Positions 8,902-16,971 of a stretch of DNA of 32,000 bases are shown here, piece after piece (position 1 is the first letter of the stretch; each line of letters starts with the position of its first letter). The DNA comes from Candidatus Lokiarchaeum ossiferum. Its GTDB lineage: Archaea > Asgardarchaeota > Lokiarchaeia > Sigyniarchaeales > Promethearchaeaceae. The position numbers were made by a program, and so were the translations under genes. Below the pieces are notes generated by a model that made no database searches, was not told where the DNA came from, and worked only from the letters and a program-made list of their open reading frames with translations. The stretch lies in contig CP104013.1 in the NCBI GenBank assembly GCA_025839675.1, forward strand, positions 5,130,001 to 5,162,000, in the 5' to 3' direction.

Positions 8902-10023
8902 ATGAAATTATCTCCCAATCTCACACCCCTTAACATAGTGTATCCGACAACAAAACAGATACCCAAAAATTTATTAAATACACCAATTGCAGAGCAATTT
9001 GTGCCCGAATCAAAATTAATCCCATTTCGAGAACAATTCACAAACGAATCCCACCCCCATACTATCAAGCATATGCACTACCAGTTTGGAAGCATCAATA
9101 AACGTAGAGCAGTTAAATTTTATTATAAAAAAAAACCGTATAGGCTTGTATACTCCAGTGCTAAAGATGCTTTTGCAGAAAAGTTAATGAATGCTACCCC
9201 TCCTCGTACTAAATTCCCCCCTACGACTGTATCATCCCCTATTGCAAGATCTTTAAGAGAATTTGCACTAAAATGGATTGTGGAAGAATTTTTTTCAAAA
9301 ATTGGATATATGTCTTTCGATGAACCGATCCTTGATGGAGTTAATCCTGATTGTTTTATCATTCCTTCCAATCAAGCTAATAAAGTATTAGATTTAAATC
9401 ACAATCCAGTTGTTGATGAGAGAGGACTTACTGATGTAGAATTAAAAGATGCGATCTTTGTAGAGATTAAAGCTTATCATCAATCAAGTTTAATTGGAGA
9501 AAAAGAAGTTCTCCAATCTTTCAATTATGCCGTGAAAGGTAGAAAAGCAATGCTAATTACTACTGGGACGTATGGTAAATATGATTCCTTTAACATTCTT
9601 AATAATTCTAAGAACATACAGAATCATCAACTTGGTGAAGATTACGATCCTGAAGTGTATGAAGATTTTGTTCAAGCAGTGAAAAATAAGTCCCGAAAGT
9701 TAATTAAAAAGATTGATATGGGCCAAGGTCAAGATTCATTTGATACTCGTGGGATATATATCTCTGCAGGGAGTAAATTAAAGAAAACTTACAAATACAC
9801 CAGCTGTTGGCCTAACAAGATTACGTATGTGAAACTTGAAACACCAGAAGCTATCAAAGCTTTTCTCTCTTCTGATGATAAATTGGGGCTCGTAGAACCA
9901 GATGCATTCTGGGAATTATTGAACTCTCAGAAGCAGACCAAATTGGCCGACTTATTTAAACGCATTCAACAATCATATTTGGAAGAAATCATAATTAATC
10001 CCACTTTACTTTATCCTAAATAG
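8902..10023 (+). CDS. restriction-endonuclease-fold (Mrr-like PD-(D/E)xK) domain protein with unknown N- and C-terminal regions
   Basis: The ORF starts with ATG, and GAGGT lies 7 nt upstream. Residues ~115-228 read REFALKWIVEEFFSKIGY...NPDCFIIP...DAIFVEIKAYHQSSLIGEKEVLQSFNYAVKGRKAMLITTGTYG. This fits the Mrr_cat arrangement of helix, D, ExK, then a selector region and a hydrophobic strand ending in T-T-G. Confidence 0.6.
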   Translation: MKLSPNLTPLNIVYPTTKQIPKNLLNTPIAEQFVPESKLIPFREQFTNESHPHTIKHMHYQFGSINKRRAVKFYYKKKPYRLVYSSAKDAFAEKLMNATPPRTKFPPTTVSSPIARSLREFALKWIVEEFFSKIGYMSFDEPILDGVNPDCFIIPSNQANKVLDLNHNPVVDERGLTDVELKDAIFVEIKAYHQSSLIGEKEVLQSFNYAVKGRKAMLITTGTYGKYDSFNILNNSKNIQNHQLGEDYDPEVYEDFVQAVKNKSRKLIKKIDMGQGQDSFDTRGIYISAGSKLKKTYKYTSCWPNKITYVKLETPEAIKAFLSSDDKLGLVEPDAFWELLNSQKQTKLADLFKRIQQSYLEEIIINPTLLYPK

Positions 10024-10064
10024 TCTCTTTTTTTTATACATTCGCGAAGATAGGAAGTAATAAT

Positions 10065-10652
10065 ATGGATCTTTCAGAATTTCCAGAATCGAATTTGCCC
10101 GGAGATGATTTTTCCGATGTGGATTATCAATACATGCGAGCTGCTGCAGAGCAAAGCGTTTTATTTTCTAAAACAGAGTGGAATGTTATTTTATCGCAAC
10201 ATGCTGAATTTCTAAAGACTGGAGGTGGTGGGGGTAAATGGGAAACAATGAATCTTAATGGAGTAATTTTAGGTTTATATGCGGGCCCATCAGTATCTAC
10301 CGGTGCTCAAGCTCTATTAAATAATCGGAACTTAACTGGCGTCAATTTATCCAATATTGTTCTTGCTTACGCCAATATGGTCGGGGTGCTTGCCCAAAAC
10401 CAGAATTTTTCTCATTCCAATTTGAATCATATTTTATTCACCGATAGTTTTCTTGAAGGATCGGATTTTTCAAGAACCAATTTAATGGGGACTGATTTTT
10501 CACGCTCTCAATTGAAGGGATGTTCTTTCCGAAATGCCAATCTTAAATATTGTGACTTTGAAAATTGCGATTTAACGGATGTGGATTTTACTGGAGCTAA
10601 GTTGGCTCATTCACGATTTCCAGGTGCAATCTTAAAAAATATTCTTAGATAG
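10065..10652 (+). CDS. pentapeptide-repeat protein
   Basis: The C-terminal ~110 aa are tandem A(D/N)LxX-type pentapeptides (NLTGVNLSNIVLAYANMVGVLAQNQNFSHSNLNHILFTDSFLEGSDFSRTNLMGTDFSRSQLKGCSFRNANLKYCDFENCDLTDVDFTGAKLAHSRF). Confidence 0.85.
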   Translation: MDLSEFPESNLPGDDFSDVDYQYMRAAAEQSVLFSKTEWNVILSQHAEFLKTGGGGGKWETMNLNGVILGLYAGPSVSTGAQALLNNRNLTGVNLSNIVLAYANMVGVLAQNQNFSHSNLNHILFTDSFLEGSDFSRTNLMGTDFSRSQLKGCSFRNANLKYCDFENCDLTDVDFTGAKLAHSRFPGAILKNILR

Positions 10653-10816
10653 AAACAAAATAACCAATTTTTCTTAGATTTATTATGATTTTTAGGATAC
10701 AATCGAATAAAATGAATTGAGATAACAGTATTTTGTCTTTTTGATCCCATATTTGACTAAAAACCTTTATACCAATTTTTCTTATCTGTAATTATAAATA
10801 GGAATTAGGGATATTA

Positions 10817-13800
10817 TTGACAACTGATAATCAAGATATAACCAAAATTGTAATTGGAATCGATTTAGGCTCCATAACGGCTAAAATTATTTTTATGGAT
10901 CAGAATAAGAAGTTAATAGAACATCATTATTTGCGGCATAAAGGTCGCCCTGGAGAAACTTTAGTAAGTGTTTTAGAAGATATGTTTTCACGATATCCGA
11001 AAGAAAAAGTATATTCTGTAGGAATAACGGGATCTGGAGGAAAACGGATTGCTCCCTTTATAAATGCAACTTTCATTAATGAAGTTATTTCTGAAACCTT
11101 TGCAGTTAGTCAGCTTGTCAAAGATGCACATTCGATTATCAATATTGGGGGACAAGATTCGAAATTAATTGATTTACATACTCGAAATAACGGCAAGGAT
11201 TTTATTATCGAAAATTTTGCTATGAATACTCTATGCGCAGCTGGAACAGGTGCATTTTTAGATCAACAAGCAACTCGATTAGGGGTCAATATTGAAGGTG
11301 AATTTGGGGAATTGGCATTAAAATCGAAAAATCCTCCTCGAATCGCAGGAAGATGCTCCGTTTTTGCAAAAAGTGATATGATTCATTTGCAACAAAAAGG
11401 TACTCCTCTCCATGATATCGTATCTGGCTTGTGTTACGCGATGGCGCGCAATTTTAAAGCTACAATCGGTAAAAATTCAGAAATTCAAAAAAATGTTGCT
11501 TTTATCGGAGGAGTCGCAAATAATAAAGGTATGGTAAAAGCCTTCCAAGATGTTTTAGAACTGAAGGAAGGAGAATTAATTATTCCGGAGCATAATTCTT
11601 TAATTGGAGCCATTGGAGCCGCTTACAATGTGTTTAATTCTCCATCTCAATTACCAGACCTTGAAACAATAAAACATGATCTTCAGAAAATCGTAGATGT
11701 GGAAGAAGGCTTAGCTCCATTGCATATTCAAGAACATCATCTTCACCCTGTTAAAAAAACAACCTATTTTTCCCCAGGAGATCAGAAAACAGATGTCTAT
11801 CTTGGTGTTGATGTTGGATCTATAAGCACCAAAGTTATTTTGATTGACACAGAAAATAATCTACTCGCTGAACGATATTTACGAACTGGTAGCCAACCAA
11901 TTGATGCCGTAAAAAGAGGTCTTAAAGAAATTGGTGAAGAAATGGCTGAACACGTAAATGTTCTTGGGGCTTGTACGACTGGATCTGCCCGGTACCTGAT
12001 TGGTGATTTTATTGGAGCTGATCTAGTGAAGGATGAAATAACGGCTCATGCTCGAGGTGCCAAACAAATTAATCCAAATGTGGATACAATATTCGAAATT
12101 GGTGGGCAAGATTCAAAATATATCAGCATTGAAAATGGGGCCATTGTGGATTTTGAAATGAATAAAGTGTGTGCCGCTGGGACAGGATCCTTTTTGGAAG
12201 AACAATCTGAACGATTAGCTATTGATATAAAAAATGATTTCAGTAAATATGCTCTTAAAGCCCAAGAGCCAAGTCTTTGTGGGGAACGGTGTACCGTTTT
12301 TATGGAATCTGATATTATTCATCATCAACAAAAAGGAGTTCCGAAAGAAGATATTGTCGCTGGGCTGGCTTATTCAATTGTTTATAATTATATTAATAAA
12401 GTTGTGGAAGGTAGAAAGATCGGGGAGACCATTTTTTTACAAGGTGGCGTAGCATTCAATAAAGGAGTGATTGCTGGATTTGAAACCGTACTGGGAAAAC
12501 CTGTCATCGTACCTCCTAATCATGAACATATGGGTTCCATTGGTGCAGCATTATTGGTAAAAGATATTCAGAATGGGCAGCCATCTAAATTCAAAGGATG
12601 GAATAGTGCTGAGCAAGAGTATAAAATTATGACGTTTGATTGTAAGCATTGTGCCAATAATTGTACAATAAATAAAGTGACAATTGGAAAAGATTCCGTA
12701 TTTTATTATGGAAGTCGGTGTGATCGATATGACAAGAAAAGTACCGATGAAATTGTGATTGAGGTTCCCGACTACTATGAAATTCGTGATATCCTTCTAA
12801 GAACATCTTACTCAAAACATATCTCCGCTGGAAAAGGGCGAGGAAGGATCGGTATTCCATTATCAATGACTATATACGAAGATTATCCTGTATGGAATGC
12901 CCTTTTTACTGAATTGGGATATGAAGTTATATTATCCGAACCTACTAATAAAAGTCATATTGAAAGGGGGTTGGAGTCGGTGGTAGAAGAAACTTGCTTC
13001 CCAATTAAAGTTCTTCATGGACATGTCCTCGAATTGGTGGATAAGAAAGTTGATTACATATTTCTTCCTTTTATGATGGATATGTGGAGTGATAATCCCC
13101 GTTTATCGGAAAGTCTCTTATGTTCATATGTTCAATCTTCACCAGATTTACTAAAATGTGCTTTTAATTGGGGTGATCTTGGCATTCGAGTTCTCTCTCC
13201 TGCAATTAAACCTTCAGTTGGTGATAAATTTGTCGTGAATGAACTATATAAAGTACTTGGTCCAGAATTACTCGTATCCAAATCTGATATTGCGCATGCC
13301 TTGCAAGTTGGAAAGCAAGCATTGAATCAATTTAGAGAAAATATGGTAAAAGAAGGGGAAAAAGCACTTTCTGAGTTAGGTGAAGATGAATTTGCTATTG
13401 CGATAATTAGTCGTCCCTATAATGGACCTGATAGAGGTATTAACTTAGATATTCCGAGAAAATTTAACAACTTAGGTGTTAAAGTTATTCCCATGGATTT
13501 CTTACCTCTTGCGACTGTCGATGTTCAAGAAGAATTACCCACAATGTTTTGGTGGTTTGGTCATCGAGTTTTAGGAGCTGCCAAAATCATAAGGGATCAT
13601 CCGAAACTATATCCCGTTTATATCAATAACTTTGCTTGTGGACCAGATTCTTTTGCCTTACAATATTTCTTATATATGATTGGAAACAAACCAAATCTTA
13701 TCTTAGAAATTGATGAACATAGTGCTGATGCAGGTGTTATGACTCGAGCCGAAGCCTTCTTAGATAGTATCAAGTACTTAAGAACTCAATCAACCGATTA

Positions 13801-15109
13801 TAAAACAAGAGATCTTATTATGGGCAAATCTGCCGATGTTGTTGGTAAAAACATATTAAAATCAGGGAAAAAGTTATATTTTCCACCAGTAAATCGTGAT
13901 CATGTTTTTACTTTGGCAGCAGCGTTTAATGCTCATGGATTAAATACTGAAGTACTTCCCGATACGGATGATGAAAGCTTAATTTGGGCACGAAAATACA
14001 CCAATAATAAGGAATGTTATCCCTACATAATTATTACCGGTGACATCGTGAAAATGACTCAACAACCAGGTTTTGATCCCGATAATTCTGCTTTCTTAAT
14101 GCCTGCAGGAAATGGAGTTTGTCGTCTCAATCATTATGATTCCATGCAGAGAATTGTGTTCAAAAAACTCGGTATCGAGCAAGTTGAATTATACGCGCCA
14201 ATTGCAGAAAAAGCAATCACTGACATGGGCAAAGTAAATTTACGATTACCAATCGACTGTTGGAATGCAGTCACTGCTGCTGATTGTTTATTCAAAGCTT
14301 ATCATCAAACTCGCCCTTATGAAGTTAAGGTTGGACAAACTGATGAAGTTTATGCTAAATTGAAAGAACTTCTTAATTCTACCGTTCTCAATAAAGGCAA
14401 TGTCATTAATACCATGAAAATTGCGCGGAAAGCCTTTGATGAAATTAAAGTGGACAAATCTATTGCAAAACCCAAAATTGGAATTATCGGAGAATTTTAT
14501 GTCCGGTGGCACCCCTATAGTAATAGTAATATTCTACAATTGATTGAAAAATTAGGGGGTGAAGTAGTATGCCCTTCGGTAGCAGAAAATATGCTTCACT
14601 TTAATCATACGATTCGGGATGATACAAAGCGTAAGAAGAAATATGTTGAATATCTCACTCAGAATCTTTCGGGACGTTGGCAGGTTTTTCAAGAACATCG
14701 AATTTATAAACCATTTGCCGATTTTCTAGAAATATATCCTGAACCATCAGTTCAAGAACTAGAAGATTTAGCACAACCCTATGCAAGTGAAATCAATGAG
14801 AATGAAATTGTTATTTCACTCGGAAAAGCCCGTTGGTTATTAGAAACTGGGAAAGTTCATGGTATTGTAAATCTCATTCCATTTACTTGTCTATTAGGTA
14901 CTCCAATTGCTGCGATGTTAAAACGTTTAAAAGAAGATTTTCCTAATGCTGCCATTACTACCTTCAAATTTGATGGAGCTGCAGATGTTAATATCCTCAC
15001 TCGTTTAGAAGCTTATATGCACCAAGCGCACCAATACGTGCGCACTGAAGATCAACCTCCTCAGAAATTTGATCCGAAAGGTAATCAAATGGATGTTGAA
15101 TGCAATTAA
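10817..15109 (+). CDS. fused double BcrAD/BadFG-type ATPase (acyl-CoA dehydratase activase-like) plus HgdB/YjiM-like (DUF2229-type) C-terminal region
   Basis: Two acetate/sugar-kinase-fold ATPase halves are present. Each has IGIDLGS / LGVDVGS, GGQDSK, MN-x2-CAAGTG-x-FL, and G-x-RC-x-VF-x-SD-x-IH-x-QQKG. The cluster-ligand cysteines are C140/C180 and C452/C492. A CxxCxxxC...C motif follows (FDCKHCANNCTINK...GSRCDRY). The remaining ~750 aa carry IGIPLSMTIYEDYPVWNALFTELGYEVILS, ETCFPIKVLHGH and IISRPYNGPDRGINLDIP, typical of the uncharacterised domain fused to CoA-enzyme activases. The start is TTG at 10817, because no in-frame ATG precedes the first phosphate-binding motif. Confidence 0.85.
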   Translation: MTTDNQDITKIVIGIDLGSITAKIIFMDQNKKLIEHHYLRHKGRPGETLVSVLEDMFSRYPKEKVYSVGITGSGGKRIAPFINATFINEVISETFAVSQLVKDAHSIINIGGQDSKLIDLHTRNNGKDFIIENFAMNTLCAAGTGAFLDQQATRLGVNIEGEFGELALKSKNPPRIAGRCSVFAKSDMIHLQQKGTPLHDIVSGLCYAMARNFKATIGKNSEIQKNVAFIGGVANNKGMVKAFQDVLELKEGELIIPEHNSLIGAIGAAYNVFNSPSQLPDLETIKHDLQKIVDVEEGLAPLHIQEHHLHPVKKTTYFSPGDQKTDVYLGVDVGSISTKVILIDTENNLLAERYLRTGSQPIDAVKRGLKEIGEEMAEHVNVLGACTTGSARYLIGDFIGADLVKDEITAHARGAKQINPNVDTIFEIGGQDSKYISIENGAIVDFEMNKVCAAGTGSFLEEQSERLAIDIKNDFSKYALKAQEPSLCGERCTVFMESDIIHHQQKGVPKEDIVAGLAYSIVYNYINKVVEGRKIGETIFLQGGVAFNKGVIAGFETVLGKPVIVPPNHEHMGSIGAALLVKDIQNGQPSKFKGWNSAEQEYKIMTFDCKHCANNCTINKVTIGKDSVFYYGSRCDRYDKKSTDEIVIEVPDYYEIRDILLRTSYSKHISAGKGRGRIGIPLSMTIYEDYPVWNALFTELGYEVILSEPTNKSHIERGLESVVEETCFPIKVLHGHVLELVDKKVDYIFLPFMMDMWSDNPRLSESLLCSYVQSSPDLLKCAFNWGDLGIRVLSPAIKPSVGDKFVVNELYKVLGPELLVSKSDIAHALQVGKQALNQFRENMVKEGEKALSELGEDEFAIAIISRPYNGPDRGINLDIPRKFNNLGVKVIPMDFLPLATVDVQEELPTMFWWFGHRVLGAAKIIRDHPKLYPVYINNFACGPDSFALQYFLYMIGNKPNLILEIDEHSADAGVMTRAEAFLDSIKYLRTQSTDYKTRDLIMGKSADVVGKNILKSGKKLYFPPVNRDHVFTLAAAFNAHGLNTEVLPDTDDESLIWARKYTNNKECYPYIIITGDIVKMTQQPGFDPDNSAFLMPAGNGVCRLNHYDSMQRIVFKKLGIEQVELYAPIAEKAITDMGKVNLRLPIDCWNAVTAADCLFKAYHQTRPYEVKVGQTDEVYAKLKELLNSTVLNKGNVINTMKIARKAFDEIKVDKSIAKPKIGIIGEFYVRWHPYSNSNILQLIEKLGGEVVCPSVAENMLHFNHTIRDDTKRKKKYVEYLTQNLSGRWQVFQEHRIYKPFADFLEIYPEPSVQELEDLAQPYASEINENEIVISLGKARWLLETGKVHGIVNLIPFTCLLGTPIAAMLKRLKEDFPNAAITTFKFDGAADVNILTRLEAYMHQAHQYVRTEDQPPQKFDPKGNQMDVECN

Positions 15110-15302
15110 TAATTTAATCTGTCCTTCTTTTTTACTTTATCTTTTATTATTTCATAGATCAAAGAAGCTTTATAAAACCTATTAATTTTTTTACCTTGTA
15201 ATCTGTTATAATCATTTGTCAAAGAAATCCGATTGGATAGATGACTATGAAAAAAAAAACGAACTATTGATGTGAAGTTGAAAATAAAAATTAAAAAGGA
15301 AA

Positions 15303-15830
15303 TTACTTGCCTTCACTACGTGCCACAATTAATTTGGTCAATTCTGTGAATGATTCATCTACATTGGTTCCGTCTTTTGCACTAGTTTCAATGTAAATAG
15401 AATCTTCATCTTCTGCATATTCCCGGCATTCATCACGATCAATAACTTCACCAACTTCGGCAATTAGATCCACTTTGTTACCAATTAATACAAACGGAAT
15501 ATCTCCTGCAAATTGTCGTACTTCAGCACGCCAATTCTTAACGCTATCCCATGTTGCGGAACGTGATAAATCGAATACTAATAATACTCCCGAAGCACCT
15601 TTATAGAAGGTTGTTCGAATGAATGAGAACCTTTCTTGCCCTCCAATATCCCAAATGCTTAAAGTGGCTATTTGACCAGGAGCATATTCTACTTCTTTGG
15701 TCAAAATATCTACACCTACCGTTAGTTTGTAGTCTCTATCGAACTTAGATTTGATAAATCGATGGATCAATGATGTTTTTCCTACTGCTGCAGGTCCACA
15801 GAGCAATATCTTTAACTTATAGCTTGACAT
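15303..15830 (-). CDS. Rab/Ras-like small GTPase
   Basis: All five G motifs are present: G1 GPAAVGKTS, G2/switch I YKLTVGVD, G3 WDIGGQERF, G4 GNKVDL and G5 ETSAK. The protein is 175 aa and has no C-terminal Cys prenylation motif (it ends ARSEGK). Confidence 0.92.
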   Translation of the reverse strand: MSSYKLKILLCGPAAVGKTSLIHRFIKSKFDRDYKLTVGVDILTKEVEYAPGQIATLSIWDIGGQERFSFIRTTFYKGASGVLLVFDLSRSATWDSVKNWRAEVRQFAGDIPFVLIGNKVDLIAEVGEVIDRDECREYAEDEDSIYIETSAKDGTNVDESFTELTKLIVARSEGK

Positions 15831-16037
15831 TTCAATTTTCCCTTATGTTTAGTATGTATATTTTTTTTTTACTATATTAATTATATTGTATGTTTTTCTT
15901 AAATAGATTTTTCCTTATGGTATTAGAATGTGCTTTTCTACCTAAAAAGTTAAGGGGTTGTATATAAATAAACTCATAATTTTGTGATAGGAATTTGCTG
16001 TTGAACATTATCAAAATTATTCAAATCAAAAAAGAGG

Positions 16038-16862
16038 CTATATCTTAATTTCCGTAGGATCAATTTTAAATTGTTTCAACTGATTTTGAACCCCTTTCAG
16101 AATTAATGCAAATTTCTTGCGACTCTCCGGGCGAATAGGTGCTTGGATATTCTCCGCATAATCTGCTATAAAGGTGGCTGCCAGCTTATCTGCTGTTTCA
16201 TTTAATATCTGTTCAAATTGATCGTTATATTTGTAGAGTATATTTCGAATTGAATAATCGAACATAATAAGAATACTTGCATCAAAAGCTTCTCCCCGTG
16301 CTTCAGGAGCTTGAACTTGAAAGAGAAAAATAACACTCATATATTTATCCGAAATAAAAGGATGAAAGTTCAACGTTCTTGCACTTGCTCCATCTATCTC
16401 ATTGAGTAATAAGAGTAATGAAGATGTGGAATATTTGAAAACTATATCTTCATCAATATTTTCCCACCAACCTATTGGTTCTGGTCCTGCTTGACGGGAA
16501 AGAGAAAAGATTGTGAATTTGGATAATGTTTGTAAATCTAATTCCAATGCAGGAAATTCTTGATCAAGTCTGAGTGCATAGCGTTCACAAAAGACATCAA
16601 ACATCGTTTGAACAACATTTTGGTGTGCTCGAGATAATAGAATCACTAATACATTTTCTGTAACTCGAAAGAAAATAACTGGTGATTTTAATAAGAGATC
16701 TCCGACTTTCAAATCCTTCATTAGCAATTTTTCTAAAACAGGGAAGATTTTGTCAACAGAATCTTTATCAATTGAAGTCTTTAGGATCGAACCATCTTTG
16801 AGAATAATCGCATATTTTGAAAAAGCATCTTCAATAAATTCGGAACATTCTTGAATTAACAA
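16038..16862 (-). CDS. hypothetical protein (274 aa), possible Roadblock/LC7-like N-terminal domain
   Basis: The ORF begins at TTG, and the first internal ATG is at codon 48, so the true start is uncertain. Residues ~5-95 (FSKYAIILKDGSILKTSIDKDSVDKIFPVLEKLL...VIFFRVTENVLVILLSRAH) resemble the Roadblock/LC7/MglB alpha-beta pattern by eye. The second half (SVIFLFQVQAPEARGEAFDASILIMFDY) is a further beta-rich unit of unknown type. Confidence 0.6.
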   Translation of the reverse strand: MLIQECSEFIEDAFSKYAIILKDGSILKTSIDKDSVDKIFPVLEKLLMKDLKVGDLLLKSPVIFFRVTENVLVILLSRAHQNVVQTMFDVFCERYALRLDQEFPALELDLQTLSKFTIFSLSRQAGPEPIGWWENIDEDIVFKYSTSSLLLLLNEIDGASARTLNFHPFISDKYMSVIFLFQVQAPEARGEAFDASILIMFDYSIRNILYKYNDQFEQILNETADKLAATFIADYAENIQAPIRPESRKKFALILKGVQNQLKQFKIDPTEIKI

Positions 16863-16971
16863 AATTTTTTCCTCTACTTACCTAATTACCAAATCCTACT
16901 TTTAATATTTTTTTGTTCCATGGGCAAAGCAGAAACGATTTTAACTACAAAAATGCTATTATATAGTAACT

